This document shows, piece by piece, positions 31,154 to 41,778 of a stretch of DNA of 64,000 nucleotides; position 1 is the stretch's first letter; each line of letters opens with the position of its first letter. The translations under genes and the position numbers were made by a program. Source of the DNA: Candidatus Latescibacterota bacterium (lineage in GTDB: Bacteria; Latescibacterota; UBA2968; UBA8231); the NCBI GenBank assembly GCA_965197905.1, contig CBDAOB010000004.1, positions 1,024,001-1,088,000 of the forward strand, written 5' to 3'. The notes under the pieces were generated by a model. It did not search any database. It worked only from the letters and a program-made list of their open reading frames with translations, and was not told the DNA's origin.

Positions 31154-31948
31154 ATGAAACAGTACCTTGATCTGGTTGCCCACATTCTCGAAAACGGAGC
31201 CGAGAAAACCGACCGCACTGGGGTCGGCACGCTGGCCGTTTTCGGTCATCAAATGCGCTTCGATCTGGGGGATGGTTTTCCTTGCCTGACCACCAAGAAA
31301 CTGCACATGCGGTCGATCACCCGCGAGCTCCTCTGGTTTCTAAAGGGCGATACGAATGTTGCCTACCTGCGAAAGAATAACGTCTCAATCTGGGACGAGT
31401 GGGCAGATGGAAATGGCGACCTGGGGCCGGTCTACGGCAAGCAGTGGCGTGCCTGGGAGGCTGCCGACGGCAGTCAGATCGACCAGATTCAAAACGTCAT
31501 CGACCTGATTCGCACCGATCCTGATTCTCGCCGTATGCTGGTGAGCGCCTGGAACGTGGGTGAGCTGGACCTCATGGCGCTCACCCCGTGTCATTGCCTT
31601 TTTCAGTTTTTCGTCGCCGACGACCGCCTTAGCTGCCAGCTCTATCAACGCAGCTGCGACGTCGGTCTGGGCGTGCCTTTCAACATCGCCAGCTACAGCC
31701 TGCTCACCATGATGATCGCCCAGGTGTGTGAACTGAAACCAGGCGAGTTTGTATGGACCGCAGGCGATGCCCACATCTATCTAAACCATGTAGATGCTTT
31801 GCAGGAACAGCTCACCCGTGAACCCCGGGAGCTTCCCCGCATGGCTATCGCCTCCCGCGATCAGGACATCTTCCACTTTCGTTATGACGATTTCAAACTC
31901 CTGCAGTACGACCCTCATCCGCCCATAGCGATGGAAATTGCCGTCTGA
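31154..31948 (+). CDS. thyA: Thymidylate synthase
   Basis: [50 protein letters not shown]. Confidence 0.98.
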   Translation: MKQYLDLVAHILENGAEKTDRTGVGTLAVFGHQMRFDLGDGFPCLTTKKLHMRSITRELLWFLKGDTNVAYLRKNNVSIWDEWADGNGDLGPVYGKQWRAWEAADGSQIDQIQNVIDLIRTDPDSRRMLVSAWNVGELDLMALTPCHCLFQFFVADDRLSCQLYQRSCDVGLGVPFNIASYSLLTMMIAQVCELKPGEFVWTAGDAHIYLNHVDALQEQLTREPRELPRMAIASRDQDIFHFRYDDFKLLQYDPHPPIAMEIAV

Positions 31949-31968
31949 GCTCCTCGTCTGAAACCGCC

Positions 31969-32808
31969 GTGGCCGTTCAGGGGGAGCTGGGTTCCTTCAG
32001 CGAGCTGGCGGCGTTCGAGTTCCTTTCCCCCGACGTTCGGATCGTACCGTGCGAGACCTTTGCGGGTCTGTTCGATGCGGTTGGCAACGGCCAAGCGGCG
32101 TACGGTATGGCTCCCGTGGAAAACTCCCTGGCCGGAAGCATCGACCCGGTTTGGGATCTGCTGGTTTCGCGCCGCCCTTTCGTCACCGGCGAGCTCTACC
32201 TGCGCATCGAGCACTGTCTCATTGGCCACCCGGGGACCAAGCTCGACGGCGTACGCCGCATCTACTCCCATCAGCAGGCGCTTGCCCAGTGCCAGGAGTT
32301 TATCCTGGGTCTTGCCGGGGTTGCCCAAGAGGAGTTCTACGATACCGCCGGGGCGGTTAAAATGATCAAGGAGCGCGGCAACACCGAGGAGGCGGCCATC
32401 GCTTCAGCCCAGGCTGCAATCGATTACGAGATGCAGATTCTGGCAGAAAACATCCAGACAGATCACCAGAACTTTACGCGGTTCCTGGTCATCACTGGCC
32501 ACGCTGTTGAGGCTGACGCCACCCCGTCGAAGTCAACGGTCGTGCTCAAGGCCGACCTCTCGACCGTCTCCGCTTCGGAACTGTTGGGAACGCTGTCGCG
32601 AAAAGGCATCGCGGTGAGCAAGCTGGAGACGCGCAAATGCCTGGGCGAACCCTGGCGCTATCTCGTCTATCTTGATCTTGAGGGGGATGTTACGGAAGGT
32701 CCGATCAAAGCCACCCTAAGAGAATTGAAATCGCTGGTTTTGGAGGTTCACGTGGTGGGCTCTTATCCCGCCGGCATGCAGAGCGAAGCGCGGCTGCATC
32801 GACAGTAG
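31969..32808 (+). CDS. pheA: Prephenate dehydratase with ACT domain
   Basis: QGELGSFSELAA, PVENSLAG, SHQQALAQC, DTAGA, NFTRFLVI. Confidence 0.93.
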   Translation: MAVQGELGSFSELAAFEFLSPDVRIVPCETFAGLFDAVGNGQAAYGMAPVENSLAGSIDPVWDLLVSRRPFVTGELYLRIEHCLIGHPGTKLDGVRRIYSHQQALAQCQEFILGLAGVAQEEFYDTAGAVKMIKERGNTEEAAIASAQAAIDYEMQILAENIQTDHQNFTRFLVITGHAVEADATPSKSTVVLKADLSTVSASELLGTLSRKGIAVSKLETRKCLGEPWRYLVYLDLEGDVTEGPIKATLRELKSLVLEVHVVGSYPAGMQSEARLHRQ

Positions 32809-32859
32809 GCAACGACGCGCTGCCGGCGACGCCCGCGGAGTTCCCGAACGTGATCGTGT

Positions 32860-33231
32860 TCAATCCTCAAACACGCGCCTCACCTCGGGCGTTTCGCTGT
32901 CGATGCGCCAGACACCTGCTGCGCCGTCGCCATCCAGATCGGCTTTCACGGTTATCTCGAAGCGGTTCCAACCGGCCTCCACCTCCCACTCGTAACCTTC
33001 GATCCATTTCCAGTCCAACCCAGTGGCCGGATCGGTGGGATCGAAGAAGTGTTTGTGTTCCCGGCGGTGCGCCAGTTCCAGCTCGTGGAGTTGCTCGAGG
33101 CCGGCCTCCAGTTGGATCTGTCGCCGCTGCGCTGTATCGATGCCGGAATGGGTGACAACGCCGGCGGCAATCAGGATAATCAACAAGACCAGCGTTTCCA
33201 GCCGGTTGTACCATCGACCGGACATCGCCAT
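32860..33231 (-). CDS. Type IV pilin-like small protein with degenerate N-terminal motif
   Basis: LETLVLLIILIAAG hydrophobic helix, LEQLHELELAH helix, FEITVKADLDGDG...VWRID C-terminus. Confidence 0.55.
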   Translation of the reverse strand: MAMSGRWYNRLETLVLLIILIAAGVVTHSGIDTAQRRQIQLEAGLEQLHELELAHRREHKHFFDPTDPATGLDWKWIEGYEWEVEAGWNRFEITVKADLDGDGAAGVWRIDSETPEVRRVFED

Positions 33232-34869
33232 CTACCTCAGCTCCATGTCCACATCCGACTCCAGGGCACCTCTTCCGAGGATTATTGGCTCCGAGTAACG
33301 GTCGTAAGGCTCCGACATTCGGTACGGCTCGGGGAGGCCGCCGTCGTGTCTGCCGTTCCCATTGGTATCGACGAAGCTGTACACGACATAGTCGCACGGC
33401 AACAAGCCGACGAGCTCGTAGCTTCCGTCCGCCGCTACGGTCGTCGGGTGGGCGCGACCGTTTTTCTGACAGATGGCCTCGACCAGCACGTCGCCATCGT
33501 TCGAGCTTTCGTCGCTGCCGTCGGCGCCCGGGTCCACACGCGAGACCTTTCCCGTGATGCCGCCGAGGTCGGTCTCTTCCATCGCCGAAAAGGTGTAGGT
33601 GTAAACGCTGTCTCGCGGACTGAGCCCCGCCAGATCCGCCAATTGTTCGGGATTCACCTCGAGGCGATGGCTCCCGACGTCCCATGGCGCCGCGGGAGCA
33701 AAACGGAAGGAAGTGGCTGAGTCCCGCTCCCATCGGCCCTCGACGACCTCCGTGGAATCGGAGTCGTTCCAGAGGTCTGCAAGGTTGTCCGCTTCGACAG
33801 CCTCGTTCATCACAAGACGAAGCGGCTCATCGCCGACCACCTTCCCCGGCGAAAGGAACGAGCGCACAACTTCCGGAGGTTTTCTGTCTTCGCGGGCGCT
33901 ACCGCGGATCGGTTCATCCCATTCAAGCTCCCGGGCATCCAGGTGCAGACGTTTAAAGCGGTAAGACTTTCCGGCCACTTGCGCTGACGTCGCGGCGTAG
34001 ACCCTGCGGCCATCTGTCGGTGAGTTGTAGATTGAGCGAATCTCCAGATCGGGTACAACCAAGTCTAGACGGCCGGCTTCAACCTCGCTGGCGAAAATGA
34101 ACAGGAGCCGGTTTCGGTCCAGTGCCTGTACCTTCTGGATCTTCGCTTCCGGGCTTTCTGCCTGGTATAAGGCGAGATCCCCCGCACCGGTTTCTCCGTC
34201 CTCGCCTACCTCGAGGTACCGGGACGGCAAGGCGACCAGCTCGGTTTGATCGAGCGCGTCGTTGCGATTGTTGTCTTTGAATGCGACGATGCGGTAGCTC
34301 CCTGCAGAGAGTCGAAGAAATTCATAACCGCCACCCTGGCCGCTCTGGGTGCGATAGGCAGGAGATGCCCGCCCGACTTCACCCTCCATGTTCTCGACGT
34401 CGTACGCCCAGATCATGGCGCCGCTCGCCGGCAGGTGATCCTTGAATACGAATCCGGAAACGCTCGCCTGATTCAAGCGATCACCGGTGCCGAAGGCAAA
34501 ACTGTAGGATTCCGCCAGCGGGTTGTTGCGTAAGTCGCGTGCGCCGGTCCCGACGGTGACGACGTAAGTGCGATCTGCTTGAAGGGGGCGTTTGAACCTC
34601 AGGACTAGCTGTCGTCCGCCGAAACCGGGCCACTGGAACTCGATTGGGGATTCGGGAGATACGAAGACGGCCTCGACCGTGCACTGGCGATCCATGCGCT
34701 CGCTGAAAAGGATCTCGACCCGTGCGTCGGAGGCCACGTGGATGGCATCCGCGGCGGGCGCGTGGGCGACGATGGCAGGAGCGGCCTCGTCCACGGGACC
34801 ACCCTGGGGTTTGCCTACCTTGGCGCAGGCTCCCAGAAACGCCAGGCCGATGTAGGCAAGCAGGCGCAT
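33232..34869 (-). CDS. Lipoprotein with Big_5/Ig-like and carboxypeptidase-regulatory-like domains
   Basis: Lipobox FLGAC followed by AK...PQGGPVD..AP; ILFSERMD, DLRNNPL, F.D.N.N...D motifs. Confidence 0.8.
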   Translation of the reverse strand: MRLLAYIGLAFLGACAKVGKPQGGPVDEAAPAIVAHAPAADAIHVASDARVEILFSERMDRQCTVEAVFVSPESPIEFQWPGFGGRQLVLRFKRPLQADRTYVVTVGTGARDLRNNPLAESYSFAFGTGDRLNQASVSGFVFKDHLPASGAMIWAYDVENMEGEVGRASPAYRTQSGQGGGYEFLRLSAGSYRIVAFKDNNRNDALDQTELVALPSRYLEVGEDGETGAGDLALYQAESPEAKIQKVQALDRNRLLFIFASEVEAGRLDLVVPDLEIRSIYNSPTDGRRVYAATSAQVAGKSYRFKRLHLDARELEWDEPIRGSAREDRKPPEVVRSFLSPGKVVGDEPLRLVMNEAVEADNLADLWNDSDSTEVVEGRWERDSATSFRFAPAAPWDVGSHRLEVNPEQLADLAGLSPRDSVYTYTFSAMEETDLGGITGKVSRVDPGADGSDESSNDGDVLVEAICQKNGRAHPTTVAADGSYELVGLLPCDYVVYSFVDTNGNGRHDGGLPEPYRMSEPYDRYSEPIILGRGALESDVDMELR

Positions 34870-34872
34870 TCG

Positions 34873-36183
34873 TCAGAGCACATAACGGCTAAGGTCCTCA
34901 TCTTCGAGAACATCCTTGAGTTTTTTCACCACGTAGGATTTGGTGATTCGCAGCGTCTTCTTGCGCGCCCCCGGGGCATCGAAAAGGATCTGATCGAGCA
35001 GCGTTGACATAACCGTGTGCAGCCGGCGAGCGCCAATGTTTTCCATCTGCAGATTTATCTCGAAGGCGATGCGAGCGATCTGCCGCACCGCCGCCGGCTC
35101 AAAGGTCAGTTTGACGCCTTCCGTGGCCAGCAGTGCGGTATACTGCTTGATCAGAGCATTCTTCGGTTTGTCCAGGATGCGGACGAAGTCACCTTGCTCG
35201 AGATTATCGAGCTCGACGCGAATGGGAAAGCGGCCCTGAAGCTCGGGGATCATATCGGCAGGTTTCGAGGTGTGAAAGGCGCCGGCTGCCACAAAAAGGA
35301 TATGGTCGGTCCGAACCATGCCGTATTTGGTAGCCACGTTACAACCCTCGATGATCGGCAGCAGGTCCCGTTGCACCCCTTCCCTTGAAATGTCCGGGCC
35401 GTTCTTGGCCGGTTCACCGGTGATCTTGTCGATCTCGTCTAGAAAAACGATACCCGCGTTGGTAACCCGCTCGATTGCCTCCGACACCACCTGGTCGCGG
35501 TCGATCTGTTTCTGAGTTTCCTCCTGGGTCAGAAGATGCCGGGCGTCGGCCAGTGAAACCTGCCGCTCTTTGCGTGCCGGGGGCGTCATCTCCGTCAGCA
35601 TTTCCTGCAGGTTGATACTCATCTCTTCCAGGTTACCCGCCGCCGAAAATACCTCCACCATCGGGGTGCGATCCTTCGGCACCTCGATCTGCACCGACTG
35701 TTGGTCCAACTTGCCCGAACGGAGCTGTCGCCGCAGCTGGTCCCGGCGGCGTTTCACCCTTCCTTTGGCAACATCCGACAGCAGGTCCAGCAATCGCTCC
35801 TCCACCTTTACCGCAACCTCCGCTTCCACCGCGTCCACATATTCGGCGCGCACCATGTTGACGCCCAGATCCACGAGGTCGCGAATGATCGATTCCACAT
35901 CCTGACCTACATAACCGACCTCCGTGAATTTCGATGCTTCCACTTTTATGAACGGCGCATTTGTGAGCCCTGCCAGACGCCGCGCGATCTCCGTCTTCCC
36001 AACACCGGTTTGACCGATCATGATGATGTTGTTGGGCACGATCTCGGTGCGCATCTCCTCACCGACGTGCTGCCGGCGCCACCTGTTCCGCAGCGCGATG
36101 GCAACCGATCGTTTCGCTTTCTCCTGGCCGACGATGTATCGATCCAGCTCGGTGACGATCTGCTTAGGTGTTAGTTCCTTCAT
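34873..36183 (-). CDS. hslU: ATP-dependent protease ATPase subunit HslU
   Basis: LTPKQIVTELDRYIVGQ, GQTGVGKTEIARRLA, FLDEIDK, ELQGRFPIRVEL, DLSRYVL; overlaps the hslV stop. Confidence 0.98.
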   Translation of the reverse strand: MKELTPKQIVTELDRYIVGQEKAKRSVAIALRNRWRRQHVGEEMRTEIVPNNIIMIGQTGVGKTEIARRLAGLTNAPFIKVEASKFTEVGYVGQDVESIIRDLVDLGVNMVRAEYVDAVEAEVAVKVEERLLDLLSDVAKGRVKRRRDQLRRQLRSGKLDQQSVQIEVPKDRTPMVEVFSAAGNLEEMSINLQEMLTEMTPPARKERQVSLADARHLLTQEETQKQIDRDQVVSEAIERVTNAGIVFLDEIDKITGEPAKNGPDISREGVQRDLLPIIEGCNVATKYGMVRTDHILFVAAGAFHTSKPADMIPELQGRFPIRVELDNLEQGDFVRILDKPKNALIKQYTALLATEGVKLTFEPAAVRQIARIAFEINLQMENIGARRLHTVMSTLLDQILFDAPGARKKTLRITKSYVVKKLKDVLEDEDLSRYVL

Positions 36184-36719
36184 AACTCGACGATCTTGAT
36201 TTGGCTGTTGGTGTAGATGCAAAGATCCGCTGCCACCTTCAGCGAACGGCGCACGATCTCGGCTGCGGTGAGTTTCGTCGCGTCCACGTAAGCCCGCGCG
36301 GCAGCCACCGCGTACGGCCCGCCCGATCCGATGCCGAGGATTTCGTCGTCTGGGGCGAGTAGATCGCCTTCACCCGAGATCAACAGCGAGCGCTTCTTGT
36401 CCATGGCGACGATCATCGCTTCCAGCCGCCGGAGAAAGCGATCGGTACGCCATTCCCGCGCCAGCTCGTGGGCGGCGCGCTCCAGATTTCCGTTGAACTC
36501 CTCCAGCCGCTGCTCCAGGAGGTCCAGCAGGGTAAGGGCATCGGAGGTGCCGCCGGCGAAACCGGTCAGTACCGAGTCGTTGAACAGCTTGCGGATCTTC
36601 GACGTCTTGTGTTTCAGCACCACCTCCCCGTAGCTGACCTGGCCATCACCCCCCATAACCACCTTACCCCTCAGCCGCAGACCAAGTACGGTCGTGCCGT
36701 GAATCGCATCTTTCTTCAT
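36180..36719 (-). CDS. hslV: ATP-dependent protease subunit HslV
   Basis: HGTTVL catalytic Thr, GDGQV, GFAG, WRTDRFLRRLEAM, GSGG, CIYTN. Confidence 0.98.
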   Translation of the reverse strand: MKKDAIHGTTVLGLRLRGKVVMGGDGQVSYGEVVLKHKTSKIRKLFNDSVLTGFAGGTSDALTLLDLLEQRLEEFNGNLERAAHELAREWRTDRFLRRLEAMIVAMDKKRSLLISGEGDLLAPDDEILGIGSGGPYAVAAARAYVDATKLTAAEIVRRSLKVAADLCIYTNSQIKIVEL

Positions 36720-36729
36720 CGGAGAATCC

Positions 36730-37665
36730 TCACGCCCTCGGGTGGGCGTTGGCGTAGATTTGTTGCAGACGGTCCGGATCGGGTCGTGCGTAGCGTTTTG
36801 TAGCTCCCAGCGTCCCGTGGCCCAGCAGTTCCTTCACCGACGTCGGATCGGCGCCGGCGTCCAACATGTGACGGGTGAAACTGTGGCGCAGAACCTGCGG
36901 GCTAAAGCCGTTGGCCTCCACCACCGCACCCAGGTAGCGATTGACGATACGCTGCACCGTGCGTACGTGCAAGCGTTTGCCCGACGTATTTAGAAAGAGA
37001 GCGCCGGCGTCCACCTGGGTGATCTCCAATCCGACTACAAGGTCGGTGCGCTGCAACAGGTAATGGCCCAGCGCTTTATGCGCAGGCTCGCCTACAGGCA
37101 CGATGCGTTCGAATCGGCCCGTGCTGACGCGCACGGTACCGTCGCTGTCCTCCAGGGCCGATAGATTCAATCCCACCAGCTCCCGCAGCCGGATCCCGCC
37201 GCCGTAGAACAGCTCCATGATTGCCCGGTCTCGCGCCCCGCGAAAATCGTCGCTGGGAGGTAGCAGGATCGCGCGCTCGAAGTCTGCGAGTTCGATGGTG
37301 TTGGGCAGGCTGAACTCTGTCTCCGGAACCGGCAAGCCCGCCGCCGGGTTGGAGGGCACGACCCCCTCGCGGCAGAGATACCGGAAGAAGGCGCGAACGG
37401 ACGCCAGCTTCCGCGTTCGCGTGGCGGGTTTGAGTCCGGTTGCCTCCAGCTCTGCCATGAACTCGAGAATCGTCTGGCGCTGCACGGAAGCTACCGGAAG
37501 CCGGATGTCGGCGAGGCGGGGCAAGAGGTAGCGGGTGAACTGATGCAGATCGCAACGATACGCCGTCAGGGTATTTGCGGCGAATTTGCGGTCGTCGGTC
37601 AGGTAATCGAGAAAGCGGTCAGTCGCTTCTTCGATGCCCGATGAGGCAGTGAGCGTTGGAAACAT
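36730..37665 (-). CDS. xerC: XerC-like tyrosine recombinase with altered catalytic motifs
   Basis: topA-xerC-hslV-hslU synteny; NTLTAYRCDL, RDRAIMELFYGGGIR, LRHSF, LLGH...Y. Confidence 0.8.
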   Translation of the reverse strand: MFPTLTASSGIEEATDRFLDYLTDDRKFAANTLTAYRCDLHQFTRYLLPRLADIRLPVASVQRQTILEFMAELEATGLKPATRTRKLASVRAFFRYLCREGVVPSNPAAGLPVPETEFSLPNTIELADFERAILLPPSDDFRGARDRAIMELFYGGGIRLRELVGLNLSALEDSDGTVRVSTGRFERIVPVGEPAHKALGHYLLQRTDLVVGLEITQVDAGALFLNTSGKRLHVRTVQRIVNRYLGAVVEANGFSPQVLRHSFTRHMLDAGADPTSVKELLGHGTLGATKRYARPDPDRLQQIYANAHPRA

Positions 37666-37697
37666 CGAGCGTGATCGCGGTGTGGATCAAGGTGCCG

Positions 37698-39959
37698 TCA
37701 GGCCACCTGTTTTTCGGGTGCTTCAGGCGTTTCCGAGGTTTCAGACCGCGTGTATTTGCAGACTCGGCAGTACAGTGACGACTGTTCGCCACGGCTTGTG
37801 CGTTCGTAGAGGAGTGGCGCCTCGCACTGCGGACAGGTTGCGTCGACGGGTTTGTCCCAGCTGGCAAACTTGCAGTCGGGATAGTGGTTGCAACCGTAGA
37901 ACACCTTGCCGCGCCGGGACTGTTTCTCGACGATCTGCCCACCGCACTTGTCTTCGGGGCAGCCGATGCCCAGCAGGAACGGTTTCACCCCTTTGCATTC
38001 CGGATACCGGGTGCAGGCGATGAACCGACCGTAGCGACCGGTCTTGACCACCATGGGGGCGCCGCATTCATCGCAGATCTCGTCTGTGTCCGGCTGTTCC
38101 TGTTCACCCTCCAACGGTTTGGTATTCTTGCATTCGGGATATCCGGGGCAGGCCAAAAAGCGACCATTGCGGCCCCACTTGATAACCATGTTCCGGCCGC
38201 ACTCCTCACACACAATCGACGACTCTTCCTGAAGCGATTGTTTCAATTCTCGTCGGCGATCGTTGGCATCTTTGAGAATATCCTTCCAGGAACCGTAGAA
38301 TTCGCGCACCGAATCGACCCAGTCGGCTTTGCCGTCCTCAATCTGATCCAGCTTGTCCTCCATCTTTGCCGTAAACTCGACGTTGAATACCTCGGGAAAG
38401 GTCTCCACCAGAAGTTTGTTCACGGTGTGGCCCCGTTCGGTGGCCATGAACGCGCGGTTGTCGATCTTCTCGACGTACTCGCGATCCTGAATCGTCGTAA
38501 TGATCTGCGCATAGGTGGAGGGCCGGCCGATCCCCTGAGCTTCGAGCTCCCGCACCAGCGATGCTTCGGTAAACCTGGGCGGCGGTTTGGTGAAATGCTG
38601 CTCGGGAAACAGCTCCCCCAATGTCAGCTTGTCCCCCTCGGCTATGTCTGGAGGAAGCTTGCTGACGTTTTCCTCCTCCTCATCCTCCTTGTCCTTGCTC
38701 TCGGTGTAGAGCAGAGTGAAGCCGGGAAACTTCACCGAGCTTCCATTGGCGCGCAGCAAGTGATCGCCGGCGTCGATGTCGATGGAGATGAGGTCCATGA
38801 CCTGCGGTTGCATCTGCGAGGCGACGAACCGTTTCCAGATCAGGTCGTAAACACGGGCCTGATCGTTGGTGAGCAACTCCCTGATGTTCTCAGGCTCGAG
38901 CGCCACGGAGGTGGGACGAATCGCCTCGTGGGCGTCCTGAGCACCACGCTTGGCGCGGTATCTGTTTGCCTCTTTGGGCAAGTATTCGGCGCCGTACTTC
39001 TCGTCAATCCGGGTGCGCACCTCTTTGATCGCATCGTCTGAAACCCGCGTTGAGTCAGTACGCATGTAGGTGATGAGGCCACGCACTTCACCCTCCATCT
39101 CGATTCCCTCATAAAGCTGCTGGGCCACCATGTCGGTGCGTTTGACCGAGAAGCGCAGACGACGAGCACACTCCTGCTGCAGCGTGCTGGTGGTAAACGG
39201 AGGCGCCGGTTTGCGCCGTTGCTCCCGTTTCTTCACCGACTTTACGGCATAGCTCGAATCGCTCAGGGCTGCCACCAGCCGATTCGATTGCTCTTCGTTG
39301 CCGATCTCGACCTTTTCGCCACCCACCTGCAACAGGCGAGCTTTGAAAAACTCGCCCTCCGTCTTAGAAAGCGTGGCATCGATCGACCAGTACTCCACCG
39401 GGTCGAAGGCGGATATCTCGCTGTCCCGTTCGCAGATGAGACGCAACGCCACCGACTGGACGCGACCGGCGGAAAGCCCGGAGTGAATTACCTTCCACAG
39501 GAGCGGGCTGATCTCGTACCCAACCAATCGGTCCAACACCCGCCGGGCCTGCTGAGCATTCACCTTCTCCAGGTCGAGCTCCTTCGACTTGTCGATGGAT
39601 TCACGCACCGCTCGCGGTGTGATCTCGTTGAAGAGAATCCGCCGAAGATTGTCTTCCTTTTTGGCGATCGCCTGACCTACGTGCCAGGCTATAGCCTCTC
39701 CTTCGCGGTCCGGGTCAGTCGCCAGATAAATGGTGTCGGCGGTGCTGGCCACCTTACGCAATTCTGCCAGAACCTTGCCCTTGCCCCGTATGGTGACGTA
39801 GCGCGGTCTGAAGTTGTCATCCAGATCGATGCCCAACTCCTTCGGTGGCAGGTCGCGCACGTGACCCATGCATGATTTCACCACGAAATCCGAGCCGAGG
39901 ATCTTGTTGATGGTTTTGGCTTTAGCCGGTGATTCAACTACGACCAGCGATTTACCCAT
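37698..39959 (-). CDS. topA: DNA topoisomerase I with C-terminal Zn ribbons
   Basis: VVESPAKAKTI, ATDPDREGE, SAGRVQ, ITYMRTDS, GIGRPSTY, Cys4 ribbons. Confidence 0.98.
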   Translation of the reverse strand: MGKSLVVVESPAKAKTINKILGSDFVVKSCMGHVRDLPPKELGIDLDDNFRPRYVTIRGKGKVLAELRKVASTADTIYLATDPDREGEAIAWHVGQAIAKKEDNLRRILFNEITPRAVRESIDKSKELDLEKVNAQQARRVLDRLVGYEISPLLWKVIHSGLSAGRVQSVALRLICERDSEISAFDPVEYWSIDATLSKTEGEFFKARLLQVGGEKVEIGNEEQSNRLVAALSDSSYAVKSVKKREQRRKPAPPFTTSTLQQECARRLRFSVKRTDMVAQQLYEGIEMEGEVRGLITYMRTDSTRVSDDAIKEVRTRIDEKYGAEYLPKEANRYRAKRGAQDAHEAIRPTSVALEPENIRELLTNDQARVYDLIWKRFVASQMQPQVMDLISIDIDAGDHLLRANGSSVKFPGFTLLYTESKDKEDEEEENVSKLPPDIAEGDKLTLGELFPEQHFTKPPPRFTEASLVRELEAQGIGRPSTYAQIITTIQDREYVEKIDNRAFMATERGHTVNKLLVETFPEVFNVEFTAKMEDKLDQIEDGKADWVDSVREFYGSWKDILKDANDRRRELKQSLQEESSIVCEECGRNMVIKWGRNGRFLACPGYPECKNTKPLEGEQEQPDTDEICDECGAPMVVKTGRYGRFIACTRYPECKGVKPFLLGIGCPEDKCGGQIVEKQSRRGKVFYGCNHYPDCKFASWDKPVDATCPQCEAPLLYERTSRGEQSSLYCRVCKYTRSETSETPEAPEKQVA

Positions 39960-40123
39960 GGTTCCTTACCTCAGTTCTCCTGCCGCTAAATGGGGAGAAT
40001 GTTCGTATTTACCTGATATAGATATATGTAGCGCTGTCAATTCGGCCAATATAGGGAAGCCATTTCAGGTTCGCAACAACGGTTCTTGACACCACATTCT
40101 CCGAACCGATCTTGATCGACGTC

Positions 40124-40900
40124 ATGATTCCCTCGAAAAACGCCAGAGAAATCGAGCTTATCCGCACCAGTTGCCGCATCGTCGTCGCGGTCCAACAGGC
40201 CCTGGAACAGGTTGTGGCACCGGGAGTTAGCACCGGGGAGTTGGATGCGCTGGCCGAGAAAACGATTCGCCAGCACGGGGCAATCCCGGCCTTCAAGGGG
40301 TACCATGGATTCCCCGCATCGATCTGTGCCTCCATAAACTCCGAGACCGTTCATGGCGTTCCCGGTTCCCGCAGATTGAGCGATGGTGATGTGCTGAGCA
40401 TCGACGTTGGCGTCCAAAAAGATGGGTTCTTCGGCGATTCCGCCTTCACGCTTGGTGTGGGCTCCATCCAACCCGCCCACGAAATACTCATCGACGCCAC
40501 CCGCCGCTGTCTTGAGGCCGGCATCGCCGAGGCCCGGCCTGGCTGTCGGGTCTCCGACATTTCCCATGCTATTGAAAAACAGGCAGATGCCGCCGGCCTG
40601 ACGCCGATTCGCGAGTTTGGGGGTCACGGTATCGGGCGTGCGCTCCACGAAGATCCCAGCATACTCAACCATGGCAAGCCGGGCAAAGGTCCCCTTCTGC
40701 GCCCCGGTTTGGTCGTGGCGATCGAACCGATCATTGCCCTGGGGGAACCGGAGCTGGAAACAGCTGACGACGGTTGGACCGAGGTGACTTGCAGCGGCGA
40801 CCTCACCGCTCATTTCGAGCACACGATCGTCATCACTGAGGATGGTCCGGAGATCCTCACAGCCCAGATGGCGCGTCCCGAACCGGTCCTGAGCACCTAA
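40124..40900 (+). CDS. map: Methionine aminopeptidase type I
   Basis: ICASIN..VHGVP, IDVG...GFFGDSA, GHGIG..LHEDP, AIEP, AHFEHT. Confidence 0.97.
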   Translation: MIPSKNAREIELIRTSCRIVVAVQQALEQVVAPGVSTGELDALAEKTIRQHGAIPAFKGYHGFPASICASINSETVHGVPGSRRLSDGDVLSIDVGVQKDGFFGDSAFTLGVGSIQPAHEILIDATRRCLEAGIAEARPGCRVSDISHAIEKQADAAGLTPIREFGGHGIGRALHEDPSILNHGKPGKGPLLRPGLVVAIEPIIALGEPELETADDGWTEVTCSGDLTAHFEHTIVITEDGPEILTAQMARPEPVLST

Positions 40901-40988
40901 CCGCTGGCTCCCTCCTCTTGCACACTGAATCGAACGCAGCGGTGAGGCACCCTTCCGTCGGACACACGAATCTCCAACGGGATGTTGA

Positions 40989-41744
40989 ATGAGGGTCACC
41001 TTTCTGGGCACGGGTACGTCGGTAGGAGTTCCACGTATCGCCTGCACGTGTCTCGTCTGTCGATCGGACAATCCGAAGAACAAGCGGCTACGGTGCTCTA
41101 TCCTGCTGGAATATGGCAACCATGTGGTCCTGGTGGATACCGGACCCGACCTCCGGACCCAGGCGTTGCGCTACGAAATCGACCGCGTCGATGCGGTGCT
41201 GCTCACCCACGGACACGCCGATCACCTCCACGGCCTGGACGACATTCGCGCCTACTGCTTCTCCATGGAAGGTCCGATGCCCTGCTACGCCGACCGGACC
41301 ACGATGGAGCGGATCAATCTGGTCTTCGGGTACGCCTTCGATTCGCCGTACAAACACCCCCTGCCCCAACTGGATCTACAGTTGATCGACGGTCCGTTCC
41401 AGCTGTTTGGAACCGACGTGGAACCGGTTGAAGTGCTGCATGGCCGTCTGCCCGTGCTGGGCTTTCGTATGGGCTCCTTTGCCTACGTCACCGACTGCAG
41501 CCACATCTCCGACGCGTCGCTTGAGCAGCTTGCTGGATTGGATACCCTCGTCCTTGACGCCCTGCGTCACAAAGAGCATCCGACTCACTTTACGCTGCAG
41601 CAAGCCCTCGACGTGGTCGAACGTCTCCAGCCCCGCGCGACCTACTTCACCCATATGGCCCACGATCTGGATCACGAGACGACCAACCAGTCCCTGCCGG
41701 ACCACGCTCAATTGGCGTACGACGGGCTCGTGCTCGAACTCTAG
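40989..41744 (+). CDS. MBL-fold metallohydrolase (PhnP/LipB-associated family)
   Basis: FLGTGTS.GVP...C.C.VC, THGHADHLHG, YVTD, HPTHF, THMAH. Confidence 0.92.
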   Translation: MRVTFLGTGTSVGVPRIACTCLVCRSDNPKNKRLRCSILLEYGNHVVLVDTGPDLRTQALRYEIDRVDAVLLTHGHADHLHGLDDIRAYCFSMEGPMPCYADRTTMERINLVFGYAFDSPYKHPLPQLDLQLIDGPFQLFGTDVEPVEVLHGRLPVLGFRMGSFAYVTDCSHISDASLEQLAGLDTLVLDALRHKEHPTHFTLQQALDVVERLQPRATYFTHMAHDLDHETTNQSLPDHAQLAYDGLVLEL

Positions 41745-41778
41745 CTGTCGAGGCGCTACTGAGCCTACTGCGAGTCAC

